A DNA stretch of 64,000 nt, taken from NCBI GenBank assembly GCA_965116925.1, contig OZ220744.1:448001-512000 (forward strand), written 5' to 3'. The translations under genes were made by a program, and so were the position numbers. The stretch's first letter is position 1, and each line of letters opens with the position of its first letter. This document shows, in pieces, positions 9,850 to 19,089 of the stretch. Under the pieces are notes generated by a model. The model made no database searches. It worked only from the letters and a program-made list of their open reading frames with translations, and was not told the origin of the DNA. This DNA is from Candidatus Poribacteria bacterium. Its GTDB lineage: Bacteria > Poribacteria > WGA-4E > PCPOR2b.

Positions 9850-10731
9850 TTGAATATCAATTTAGATCGGAGTTTGCCAATGCACCCCAGAGATCCGTTA
9901 CATTTTGGGGAAATTCTTGTGTGTCTCGACGGCTCAAGCTATTCGCAGGCGGCGGTCGAATATGCCACGCAAATCGCTCTTGAACATAACGCCTCACTAA
10001 CCGGCATCGGGGTGATCGACCTACCGGGCCTTCAACGTGCAAGTGGGCCCGCACCGATTGGAGCGATGCACTACGATCAACTTGCTGACCAGCAGCACTT
10101 CCAAGAGACGCGAAAGATAGTGGCTAGTATCCTTAAAGACTTTGGGAACACCTGTCAGGAAAAGGGAATCCACCACTCCATCCATTCAGAGATGGGCAGC
10201 CCATTTCGGGAAATTATCGAAGAATCGAAATTCCACGATTTTATTATGATCGGGCAGAAGACCTTTTTTCGGTATAACGTCAGACACGAACCGGGGAACA
10301 CCTTAGACCGAATTCTTCATAACGGGCTGACCGCGGTCCTTGCAGTACCCGATTCTGTCAGACCGATTAAAAAAGTGCTCGTCGCTTATGATGGCAGCGT
10401 CCAAGTTACCAAAGCAATCCAGATGTTTCTCCTACTTCATATCTGGAATCAGTGCGACATCACCCTCCTGAATGTCAACAATAATGCCAGTCGTGGAATA
10501 CAGTTGCTCGGCAGGCTTGGTGATTACTTCCGTAGGTATGGGGTGCAGACCGAGAAGGTCCAATTGAAAGGGAGGACAGATGAAGCCATCCTGTCCTACA
10601 TCCAAGAACATGAAATTGATCTGCTCGTCATGGGAGCGTATGGGAAGCGAAGCGTATCCGAGTTCGTCTTCGGCAGCGTAACCAAATCCTTAGTAGCGCA
10701 GGCGGGTATTCCGTTGTTTATCTATCATTAA
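9850..10731 (+). CDS. Tandem universal stress protein
   Basis: ILVCLDGSSYS, KVLVAYDGS, LLVMGAYGKRSVSEFVFGSVT. Confidence 0.9.
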   Translation: MNINLDRSLPMHPRDPLHFGEILVCLDGSSYSQAAVEYATQIALEHNASLTGIGVIDLPGLQRASGPAPIGAMHYDQLADQQHFQETRKIVASILKDFGNTCQEKGIHHSIHSEMGSPFREIIEESKFHDFIMIGQKTFFRYNVRHEPGNTLDRILHNGLTAVLAVPDSVRPIKKVLVAYDGSVQVTKAIQMFLLLHIWNQCDITLLNVNNNASRGIQLLGRLGDYFRRYGVQTEKVQLKGRTDEAILSYIQEHEIDLLVMGAYGKRSVSEFVFGSVTKSLVAQAGIPLFIYH

Positions 10732-10740
10732 CCGAGATTT

Positions 10741-11625
10741 ATGAAAACCTATAAAGACCTCCCCGCCGATGGCGGCTCTAACATCGTTGAACAAGTAACA
10801 CAGCAAGTCAATCGTTTGCAAAAGCGACTTGCGTCAGTTGGTAATACTGTTGCTATCATGAGTGGAAAGGGTGGCGTGGGCAAGAGTTCAGTCACTGCAA
10901 ACCTCGCGTCGGCACTTAGGTTGCGCGGGCACACTGTTGGTGTGATTGATGCTGACATCAACGGTCCCTCGATTGCTAAAATGATGGGCGTCAGAGGACA
11001 GCAAATTGATTATGGAACTGACGGTGTTAAACCCGCTCTCAGTCCACTTGGGGTCAAGGTAATGTCGATGGATTTATTCCTCAAGGACGACGAAACGCCA
11101 GTTCTCTGGGAAGCCCAAACACAGAAGGATGCCTTCACTTGGCGGGGGACAATGGAAATGAGTGCCCTCCGCGAATTTCTCTCCGATACTGAGTGGGGAA
11201 CCCTTGACTATTTGTTGATCGATCTTCCCCCCGGTACTGACCGTTTGCCCAATCTCGTCGATCTCCTACCGAATCTTGGTGGTACAGTTGTTATTACAAT
11301 CCCTTCTGGGGTGTCGCAGCTTGTCGTAAAAAAGTCGCTGACAATGGCAAAAAAACTGCTCAACGCACCGGTGATCGGCGTCGTCGAAAATATGGCCGCT
11401 TATGTCTGCGCTGATTGTGGTAAAACCGAAGATCTGTTCCCATCGGGGCACACAGAGGAGATGGCACGTCAATTTGACGTTTCCCTACTCGGCAAAATCC
11501 CTTTCGATCCACGAATCTCTATTGCAGCGGATGAAGGCACTGTATTCGTCGATCAATACGGGGATACTCCCGCAGGACAAACATTTTTCGGCATCACAGA
11601 TAAAATTCGGATGTTCTTTAAATAG
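10741..11625 (+). CDS. Mrp/NBP35 (ApbC) family ATPase, Fe-S carrier-like
   Basis: SGKGGVGKS, DADINGPS, WRG, WGTLDYLLIDLPPGT, ENM..CADC. Confidence 0.92.
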   Translation: MKTYKDLPADGGSNIVEQVTQQVNRLQKRLASVGNTVAIMSGKGGVGKSSVTANLASALRLRGHTVGVIDADINGPSIAKMMGVRGQQIDYGTDGVKPALSPLGVKVMSMDLFLKDDETPVLWEAQTQKDAFTWRGTMEMSALREFLSDTEWGTLDYLLIDLPPGTDRLPNLVDLLPNLGGTVVITIPSGVSQLVVKKSLTMAKKLLNAPVIGVVENMAAYVCADCGKTEDLFPSGHTEEMARQFDVSLLGKIPFDPRISIAADEGTVFVDQYGDTPAGQTFFGITDKIRMFFK

Positions 11626-11628
11626 AAA

Positions 11629-11774
11629 TAGGAGTTACGCACTTCAGTTTGTAGTAGCGCAATTCATTGCGCGTTCTTCCCTCCCCCCGCTTGCGGGGGA
11701 TAGAGGGGGGGTGGGGATTTAGGGGGTTAAAAATAAAAAACTCGCCCCGCGTGCTAAATTTGCGTAAATCCTGA
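11629..11774. mobile_element. MITE-like element, family C
   Basis: TIRs TAGGAGTTACGCA / TGCGTAAATCCTG; related copies 26230-26446 and 27632-27673. Confidence 0.7.
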
Positions 11775-11792
11775 TATAAACGGAGTCAACCA

Positions 11793-12296
11793 ATGAAATT
11801 CTTATGTCTTGAATGCAACACAGCGATGGAATTTAAGGAAACAGCGACGCCGGATCAAGGTTCGTTGACGGCGATCTTCGAGTGCCCAGATTGCTTTGCC
11901 GAGTTCGCAATGCACATGAACCCGTGGGAAACCCAGATGCTAAAGTCCCTCGATGTTCAACTCGGTAGCAAGAGCGAAGCAGCACAGCCAATGCAAGTTG
12001 TACGTTCCTTCTTGAGTGAAAAGAACCCCGAAAATCTGACTGCCGATGCCCCAACAGTATCCGCCGAAGGCGGCGGGAAATGCCCGTTCACATCGGTTGT
12101 AGCGGAAGCATTTCAAGAGCCAGCGGAGGCGACCGGACCGGTATGGACACCGGAGGCGTTAGCGCGTTTGGAACGCGTGCCTAGTTTCGTCCGCTCGATG
12201 GCAAAGACCGGCATCGAAGAGTTTGCCCGCGAAAATGGGCACACCGAAATCACCGTCGAAGTAATGGATAGTGCCCGTGGTAACTTTGGAATGTAG
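11793..12296 (+). CDS. Zn-ribbon (CxxC...CxxC) protein with C-terminal PCP_red-like domain
   Basis: CLEC, CPDC, KCPF; WTPEALARLERVPSFVRSMAKTGIEEFARENGHTEIT. Confidence 0.82.
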   Translation: MKFLCLECNTAMEFKETATPDQGSLTAIFECPDCFAEFAMHMNPWETQMLKSLDVQLGSKSEAAQPMQVVRSFLSEKNPENLTADAPTVSAEGGGKCPFTSVVAEAFQEPAEATGPVWTPEALARLERVPSFVRSMAKTGIEEFARENGHTEITVEVMDSARGNFGM

Positions 12297-12308
12297 GAGC
12301 TTATCACA

Positions 12309-13739
12309 GTGGAAACAGAAGACATTCGTCTCACACAAGCCTCAATAGATCTACCATGGTATCCAATTTCACTGCCAGCCATATCAGCGAAGGTTGCCAA
12401 AAAAAATGGTAGGCGGAAACGCCCTGAGTATGATACACATCAACCGATGGAGGTTGTTCGGAGAATTGTGAATCCATTCGGCGAGGAAATTGTACAGGTC
12501 GATGGGGAAATTCCTGTGGAGCTGCCTGTTAATGATGGCGATAGATTTCTGTTTATTAGCTACGATCAGAGCCATCTCACTCACGGATTGCATAAGTATC
12601 CCGCCAAGTTTTTTCCCGAATTACCGCGATGGCTAATCAAACGGTATTCTCAAGAAAACGATATAATTCTTGACCCGTTTTCGGGGAGCGGGACCACAAA
12701 TGTTGAGGCACTCTTGCTAAAACGGCACTCTGTTGGTATTGATGTCGATCCATTTTCTCGTTTCATCTCAACAGTCAAGGTAAGGCCCTTAGCTGAAAAG
12801 GAACTCGTAGAAGCTCAAGAATCTCTGTTTAACGCTGTAGAAGCCTATCAACCCGCTTTGGTATTAGAATCGGATATACCGTCCTTCCCTTACAGGGATA
12901 ATTGGTTCAACAGAGAAATAACTCTAGAATTGGCTTACTTAAAAAAGGTTATTGAGTCCCTTGATAAGAGCGAGCGCGTTAAAGATTTCTTCAAAGTCTG
13001 TTTCTCCTCGATTATCCGTTCCGTGTCCAATGCTGATGATAATTGCACAAGGACTGTCATTCGCAAGGTACTGAAAAAGCAGGTCAATCCTTCCGATGCC
13101 CTGAGAAAATTTGTGGAAACGGTGCTAGTTAAAGTTCCCAAGATGATAGAATTTTCTCAAAACGTACCACAAGACATAACCGTAAGTTTTCCAGAAAACA
13201 TGGACGCACGGAATATCAGGTACGATGGAGGAACTTTTGACTTGGTTCTAACTTCACCGCCGTATGCAAATGCAGTTGATTATCCGAGAACCCATCAACT
13301 GGAGCTCTATTGGTTGGGATTTGCCGATGGTACTTTAACGCCATTAAAGAAACAGCATGTTGGAACAGAAAGTGTTTCATCACAGGATTATCGGACCCGA
13401 CATCAGATCGGTGTGAAGGAGGCGGATAGTGTCATTGAGAAGATTTTTGAACAGGATCCAAGACGGGCGTATATCGCTTTCAAATACTTAGACGATATGC
13501 GGAAAAATCTGTCCGAAGTTTATTCGGTGTTACGCGATGGAGGGCGATACATCATTGTCGTTGGCAATAATCGTATGCGTGGCCAGCTATTTGAAAGTTG
13601 GAAGTATCTGATGACGTTGGCAGAAAACATCGGATTTGAGATTGAAAACTATTTCGGTTCAGAAATTATCAAGCATTTTATTAAAGTCCCCAGAGCGGAA
13701 CGGATCAACACAGACTGGATTCTGGTACTCAGAAAATGA
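12309..13739 (+). CDS. Amino-group DNA methyltransferase (probably N4-cytosine)
   Basis: HKYPAKF, DPFSGSGT (motif I), long insert, TSPPY (motif IV). Confidence 0.9.
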   Translation: METEDIRLTQASIDLPWYPISLPAISAKVAKKNGRRKRPEYDTHQPMEVVRRIVNPFGEEIVQVDGEIPVELPVNDGDRFLFISYDQSHLTHGLHKYPAKFFPELPRWLIKRYSQENDIILDPFSGSGTTNVEALLLKRHSVGIDVDPFSRFISTVKVRPLAEKELVEAQESLFNAVEAYQPALVLESDIPSFPYRDNWFNREITLELAYLKKVIESLDKSERVKDFFKVCFSSIIRSVSNADDNCTRTVIRKVLKKQVNPSDALRKFVETVLVKVPKMIEFSQNVPQDITVSFPENMDARNIRYDGGTFDLVLTSPPYANAVDYPRTHQLELYWLGFADGTLTPLKKQHVGTESVSSQDYRTRHQIGVKEADSVIEKIFEQDPRRAYIAFKYLDDMRKNLSEVYSVLRDGGRYIIVVGNNRMRGQLFESWKYLMTLAENIGFEIENYFGSEIIKHFIKVPRAERINTDWILVLRK

Positions 13740-13748
13740 GATAGAAAC

Positions 13749-14270
13749 ATGAAGATAGCTGAAGAGAGAGGCCGACAAGCATCGATAGATGGCTTTGCAC
13801 ATGAGCACATTGTTGTTGGGCTTTTGATGAAAAGATACCAGAACGTTTCGTTAGTTGATTTGCCTCTATCAACCTATGATATAATCATCGTCCAAAAAGA
13901 TGAAGATGGAAATGATGATATTATTCGAGCTCAAGTCAAGACTGCGACTAGCAGTATTAGCTTTACTGGAGGTTCCAGAGGAGGCGTGGATAGGGAGTAT
14001 AAATCAGGAGTTAAAGAGTATATACAATCGCCAGAAACCGCAGATGTTGTAATTGGTGTTCATCCTATGAGCAACAATTCGTTTGGACTCTATTTTGTTC
14101 CAACTGTTCTTATTAAATCTCTGGATCAGAAAAGTATTTCCATTAACAAGATCAGTGATTTGAAGGAGAATTATTTTATTCTGGAGAACTGTAAAAATTC
14201 AGAGTTGATAATCAGGAAATGCGAAGAATACGGAATCCTCCAGAGGCGTGAACAATATACTCTCTATTAA
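13749..14270 (+). CDS. Putative PD-(D/E)XK endonuclease (candidate restriction enzyme)
   Basis: E...YDIII...RAQVKT; AT-rich; 9 bp after the methyltransferase. Confidence 0.65.
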   Translation: MKIAEERGRQASIDGFAHEHIVVGLLMKRYQNVSLVDLPLSTYDIIIVQKDEDGNDDIIRAQVKTATSSISFTGGSRGGVDREYKSGVKEYIQSPETADVVIGVHPMSNNSFGLYFVPTVLIKSLDQKSISINKISDLKENYFILENCKNSELIIRKCEEYGILQRREQYTLY

Positions 14271-14422
14271 TATCCAATCCTATCTATCTTTGTGGGAGAT
14301 ACATTTTCTGTTCACAGTCGCTCACTAGCTATGATGTGAAATGAGGTGTAAAAATAAAACCTCCCATTTGTAAAATCGTATAAAACGTGATAAGCGGTTT
14401 TGCCCTTACATTTCAATCACTT

Positions 14423-14932
14423 ATGGCTCTAATTGTCGAACTCTTCATCCGTTGGATACATCTTACTGCCGCAATCGTTTGGTTGGGCGGAATCTTTTTT
14501 TCTATCAGCGTTGCAACACCGATTTTGAGGAAGCGTTTTCAAATCCTTGAAAGCGTCCAACATGGGGCCGCGATCCGGAATCGTTTAAGGCATATTATCC
14601 GTTTCACAATCCACATACTCCTAATCACCGGCGCGATGAACCTGTTCATCGTCGGATTGAACACGCAGATGCGCTTTTCTCACGACCGTAGCTATTTTGT
14701 CGTTTTTATCATGAAACTTGCTTTTGTAGGATTGATGACGCTGTTTCATAGCCTGCATATCGCAGTCTTCAATCGAAGGTTAGAATCGGCGGTGGCAAAC
14801 CCGAACTTTGATGCCTCAGAGGTTGCCAAGTTACAAAGGAAAGTAGACCTATTCGGAATTTTTACTATCCTTGCTGGACTTGTTGTCTTTGCATGCGCCC
14901 TGTATCTCCGCCAGATAATAGGGGATCAATAA
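14423..14932 (+). CDS. Four-TM CopD/DUF4149-like membrane protein
   Basis: RWIHLTAAIVWLGG, LLITG, KL..V, HSLH. Confidence 0.7.
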   Translation: MALIVELFIRWIHLTAAIVWLGGIFFSISVATPILRKRFQILESVQHGAAIRNRLRHIIRFTIHILLITGAMNLFIVGLNTQMRFSHDRSYFVVFIMKLAFVGLMTLFHSLHIAVFNRRLESAVANPNFDASEVAKLQRKVDLFGIFTILAGLVVFACALYLRQIIGDQ

Positions 14933-15042
14933 GAATACAAATCACCTCGAAGCATGTGGGCTAGTGTAATCAAAAAAACTCTGCGCTCTCTGCGCCTCTG
15001 CGGTAAAATACATGACAGCATATCAAGCTTTAAGGAACGACC

Positions 15043-16344
15043 ATGGAAACAAAAGTCCAAGCCGTTTCATGGAATATCACACGGCTATGCAATCTCAAAT
15101 GTACACACTGCTATCTCCCCGCTGGGTTTGTGGATACCAACGAGTTTCCGAGTGGATATTATCGAGATACAGAGTTGACCCAATCCCAGTGTTTCCGCGT
15201 GATTGATGAGATTGCCGAAATCAATCCCAACATCCTCCTAATTCTCACAGGTGGCGAACCGCTGCTGCGGCCTGATATTTTGAAAATATCGGATTACGCA
15301 GCTCGAACCGGATTCTTGGTGGTGATGGGCACAAACGGCGTCCTGCTGAACGATGAAACGGTTCAGCGGATGAGCGACCACGGTGTCGCTGGCGCAGGCA
15401 TCAGTCTAGATGCTGTGGATCCGGTCAATCACGACAAATTCCGAGGTATGGACGGGGCTTGGGAAGGCACGATGAACGGCGTCGAAGCCCTCAAGCGGGC
15501 GAACCTCGATTTCCTCGTGCAGACCTCTGTGACCCAATGGAATTACGATGAAATTCCACAAATCGTTGATTTTGCCTATGAACTCGGTGCGAAGGTATTC
15601 AACCTCTATTTCCTTGTCAGAACCGGCAGAGGCAAAACGGTGATGGATATCACGCCAGCTCAATATGAACGTATGCTCTCAACGCTCTTTGAATTGCAAG
15701 CGAAATATCGAGGCAAAATGCTTGTTGCGGCGAAATGTGCGCCACACTACAAACGGGTCATCTATGAGCAACAATCGGATTCGCCTTTCTTGCAAGCCTA
15801 TCCGAGCGGTACATGCCCCTGTGGTATCTACTACTGCCGGATCACACCTGAAGGCGATTTGACACCGTGCCCATATATGCCGGTAAGCGTCGGCAATCTG
15901 AAGACTGAAAGTTTTGCGACCCTCTGGAATCAATCGAAGGTTTTTCATGAACTACGAGATCGGAAATTGTTGGAAGGTAAGTGTGGAGCCTGTGAATTTC
16001 GAGACGTTTGCGGCGGTTGTCGCGCCCGTGCTTATGCCCTCACCGACAACTATCTCGCTGAAGATCCATCCTGCGAATACCAACCGGGACAGGCAGGAAA
16101 TCAAAACATCCGTTTTGAAAAAACGACGCCCTTTGCAGCTGAAACCGACTACGAGTTACAATGGACAGATGCTGCACAACAAAGATTACAGCGTGTCCCC
16201 TCCTTTGCACGGGGGATGGTCACCAAAAGCGTCGAAAAATATGCCCGTGAGCACGGCTACAATGAAATCACGCCGGAAATCATGAAAGCTGTCAAGGATC
16301 GGTTTGATAAAACGGGCATTCCGTCCTTCAGACCCCGGCGGTAA
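15043..16344 (+). CDS. Radical SAM/SPASM protein (AhbD/NirJ-like) with C-terminal PCP_red-like domain
   Basis: CNLKCTHC, TGGEPL, CAPHY, CPCG..PCPY..CGACEFRDVCGGCRARA..C; tail WTDAAQQRLQRVPSFARGMV..YAREHG..IT. Confidence 0.88.
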   Translation: METKVQAVSWNITRLCNLKCTHCYLPAGFVDTNEFPSGYYRDTELTQSQCFRVIDEIAEINPNILLILTGGEPLLRPDILKISDYAARTGFLVVMGTNGVLLNDETVQRMSDHGVAGAGISLDAVDPVNHDKFRGMDGAWEGTMNGVEALKRANLDFLVQTSVTQWNYDEIPQIVDFAYELGAKVFNLYFLVRTGRGKTVMDITPAQYERMLSTLFELQAKYRGKMLVAAKCAPHYKRVIYEQQSDSPFLQAYPSGTCPCGIYYCRITPEGDLTPCPYMPVSVGNLKTESFATLWNQSKVFHELRDRKLLEGKCGACEFRDVCGGCRARAYALTDNYLAEDPSCEYQPGQAGNQNIRFEKTTPFAAETDYELQWTDAAQQRLQRVPSFARGMVTKSVEKYAREHGYNEITPEIMKAVKDRFDKTGIPSFRPRR

Positions 16345-16370
16345 ACTATACCTGACAGACATATTTCCAA

Positions 16371-16484
16371 GACTCATATAAAAAGAAAGTGCAAAATACC
16401 GAAGGAAGCCGTAGGCGGGGCATCTTGCCCCGCCCGTCCGTGCCAAAAACTTAGTTTCTGTTGCACGCTTTCTTAACATGAGCC
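16371..16484. mobile_element. MITE-like element, family D (complete copy)
   Basis: Imperfect TIRs GACTCATATAAAAAGAAAGTGCAA / TTGCACGCTTTCTTAACATGAGCC; flanks ATTTCCAA / ATTTTCAA (8 bp, 1 mismatch); internal GTAG hairpin. Confidence 0.65.
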
Positions 16485-16508
16485 ATTTTCAATTGAGGAG
16501 AGAAAATA

Positions 16509-16922
16509 ATGAGCAGTGAAAACAGAGTTGAAGAACGATTATCCGCGGTCGAAGACCGGTTGAATCGCTTAGAAGATCTACTAGTTGGTATCAGTCAGAA
16601 ACTGGATCAGAAACCTCAACCGACGGCAATTGATGAGGAGAAAGGGGAAGCACTCAAAGGTTGGGTGACCGATTACGTGTCCATGCGCTTGCAGCAACTC
16701 GTACCAGAGACGTGCGACCATCCCGCCGAAGCGAAAGCGGGAGAAGGTCCCTTTTTGGGTAACACCTCAATCCGTTGCACGGAGGAAGTCGTTCACCGTG
16801 TCAAGCGAATCCCCATCCCATTTGTTCGAGAGATGGTTATTCAGCGCGTTGCTGACAATGCCCGGCGTACGAATGTAGATGTGGTCGAAATTGATTTCTT
16901 TGAAAAAGCAGCAACCTTTTGA
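16509..16922 (+). CDS. Coiled-coil protein with divergent C-terminal PCP_red-like domain
   Basis: GAGGAG RBS; VEERLSAVEDRLNRLE; CTEEVVHRVKRIPIPFVREMV..ARR. Confidence 0.72.
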   Translation: MSSENRVEERLSAVEDRLNRLEDLLVGISQKLDQKPQPTAIDEEKGEALKGWVTDYVSMRLQQLVPETCDHPAEAKAGEGPFLGNTSIRCTEEVVHRVKRIPIPFVREMVIQRVADNARRTNVDVVEIDFFEKAATF

Positions 16923-17009
16923 CAATGCGAAGCAACGGAGGAGTTTCCTCTGCCACACTTCCACTGGGAGGATTTTTTAACATCCCCTCTTTGAGATGAT
17001 GCCGATCTT

Positions 17010-17504
17010 ATGTCAACATATCCACTCGATGAAAATCAACGGGAAGCCTATCAAGCCTTAGCCGCTCACATTGATTACGGAACTGAGCACGGGACAATCT
17101 GCCTCGTCGGGGAGTTTCAGTCCGGCAAAACAAACTTGGTTAAGCATTTACTCAATGAAAAATTTGGCAGCTCTACAGGTTATTACGTAAACCTGAATCT
17201 GTATCTGCTCGATGAATTAGACAAGCAGCGGGCATCAATCGCTTACACCGGCGCGAAAGCAAAGATACACCTCCTGATACAGATTGCTATTGAAGACCTA
17301 CTAGACAGGCATTTCCAAATACACAAATTCCTCGTCCTTGATGCTATCGAAATGATATACTCCTACGAACTCAATCTTGTTGCCATTACCGATCGCTTTG
17401 CCCGCGATGGCAAGTGCTGCATCATCTGCGTCCCTGAAAGCAAAAAGCATAATTACTACTTCGACTTTAGCTGGGAACTTGCAGAGGCGATCCGAATCAA
17501 CTGA
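17010..17504 (+). CDS. Small P-loop protein resembling BREX-3 BrxF
   Basis: LVGEFQSGKT (Walker A), VNLNL, FLVLDAIE (Walker B); 164 aa. Confidence 0.55.
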   Translation: MSTYPLDENQREAYQALAAHIDYGTEHGTICLVGEFQSGKTNLVKHLLNEKFGSSTGYYVNLNLYLLDELDKQRASIAYTGAKAKIHLLIQIAIEDLLDRHFQIHKFLVLDAIEMIYSYELNLVAITDRFARDGKCCIICVPESKKHNYYFDFSWELAEAIRIN

Positions 17505-17602
17505 AAATGGAATTGGGACTGTTTATGATGCTGCTGTGAGGCACCGGTAGAACCGCTCCTGTCCATCGCCCCAGTCTTTTTGCCTATTTGTAGGTTTATT
17601 TG

Positions 17603-17806
17603 TAGGGTTATTTAGTTTTCCATTTTTTGACCGTTCGGGCTGACCCAAACCCGTAGGCGAGGCATCTGGTCTCCCCACCGTTTGTAGTAGCGCAATTCAT
17701 TGCGCGTTCTTACGCCAACTGTCGATAGCATCTTTTATCTTTGTAATCGGTTAATCCGCGTCTATCCATAATTCAGACAATAATAGGGGAGAATTAAATG
17801 ACCCTA
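17603..17806. mobile_element. MITE-like element, family A, copy 1
   Basis: TIRs TAGGGTTATTTA / TAAATGACCCTA; 8-bp direct repeat TTTATTTG at 17595-17602 and 17807-17814; aligns end to end with 23797-24002. Confidence 0.85.
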
Positions 17807-17823
17807 TTTATTTGACTTTGGTG

Positions 17824-17852
17824 TTGACTGAAATTGCGAAATGTGATATAGT
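17824..17852 (+). promoter_or_regulatory. sigma70-type promoter upstream of TPR gene
   Basis: TTGACT-17 nt-TATAGT with TGn extension. Confidence 0.65.
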
Positions 17853-18033
17853 TATTTAGCAATGTTATAATTGATAACCTTCCTTGATATTGAGGTGGCT
17901 TGATACAGAGAGCAACGCGAGGACGACCTAAGTAAACTCCAAGAATTGGAGATAAGCTGTAAGCGATCGGATGCTCGTGAATGCTAACATCAAGCCTACA
18001 TAGCCCACCTATACCACCAGATTGGAAAGATTC

Positions 18034-18546
18034 ATGAGTAAGCAAGCTGAAATCGCCAACGACCGAGCCATTGAATATTGGAAACAGAATCGCTTTGACG
18101 AGGCAATTGCTCAATGGGAAGAAATCGTTCGTAAAGATTTGAATCTTGCGGAGATACACTATAACCTTGGAAATGCTTACATGCACCAAGGCAAAATTGA
18201 GAGTGCGATCGACGCATTTAAGCGAGCGCTATCTATCGATCCTACCCTGCCTGAAGCGTACAACAAGTTAGGGATTATCTGTTACAAGCAGGGCAATGCA
18301 GGACTGGCCTTCGCCTGTTGGAAGCAGGCATTAATGATTAATCCGGACTTTGAAGAAGCACGTCGTAATATTGGATTAATCCAGAACGCTTCCCAGTTTG
18401 ATGTAGAAGACGAAATACCTACTTACCAACATGTAGCAGAGGGTGATGCAGCAGGTGATGCAAACGCTGGCATTAAGGATAGCGACGACCTACCCACATG
18501 GAAAAATAAAATCCGTCAGGGGTGGGGCGCATTCCGAAAAAAATGA
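18034..18546 (+). CDS. Tetratricopeptide repeat protein
   Basis: AEIHYNLGNAYMHQGK..A, EAYNKLGII..QG repeats. Confidence 0.88.
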   Translation: MSKQAEIANDRAIEYWKQNRFDEAIAQWEEIVRKDLNLAEIHYNLGNAYMHQGKIESAIDAFKRALSIDPTLPEAYNKLGIICYKQGNAGLAFACWKQALMINPDFEEARRNIGLIQNASQFDVEDEIPTYQHVAEGDAAGDANAGIKDSDDLPTWKNKIRQGWGAFRKK

Positions 18547-18671
18547 AGCAGCTTCCATGATAAGAGAATAATCGAAACAAAATCTGCTGATTTGGATCGA
18601 TTGTTTAAGAGCAGCAGGAGCTTCTCAGCTAGTTTTCTGCTTTACCCTGCATTGATTTTGTCTAGCCCAAT

Positions 18672-18706
18672 AAAAAAAGCCCTCAATTACTTGAGAGCCT
18701 TTTTTT
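18672..18706. terminator. Probable bidirectional intrinsic terminator
   Basis: A7-GCCCTCAA ttac TTGAGAGC-CT7 between convergent TPR and cold-shock genes. Confidence 0.65.
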
Positions 18707-18738
18707 CCCCGGTTTTATTTTTGTGAACTTTATCTAAT

Positions 18739-18939
18739 TTAGATTTTTCTAACTTCTTCGGCTTGAAGTCCCTTCTCCCCTTCCACAACGTTGAACTCGA
18801 CCTCTTGTCCCTCATCAAGGGTTTTAAAGCCGGTTCCTTCAACGTTGGAATAATGGACGAAGACATCTTGTCCTTCATCAGTTACAATGAATCCGTAACC
18901 TTTCTGATCACTGAACCATTTCACGCGACCTGTTGCCAT
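18739..18939 (-). CDS. Cold-shock protein (CspA family)
   Basis: GRVKWF..KGYGFI..DVFVHYS. Confidence 0.96.
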   Translation of the reverse strand: MATGRVKWFSDQKGYGFIVTDEGQDVFVHYSNVEGTGFKTLDEGQEVEFNVVEGEKGLQAEEVRKI

Positions 18940-19089
18940 CGGTGTGTACCTCCTTTCCTAAAGATTCAGAACTGCAAATGAAAATCAAGTTTTAGCGCTA
19001 AGAGGTACAAAATATAGCATAGGGCCGGGGAAATGCTTCCATTTGAACCTAACACCACTTCTTTAATCCATTGTACAGTTACGCCTAAA

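Noticed and set aside
7897..16922. Photosynthesis or chlorophyll synthesis implied by PCP_red-like domains
   Set aside because: Only the small tail module is present; no BchN/BchB catalytic core, BchL or other pigment genes in the window
17860..18030. 6S RNA call
   Set aside because: CCCACCT is reminiscent of 6S RNAs, but the long rod with central bubble could not be reconstructed by eye; kept only as an unassigned structured RNA
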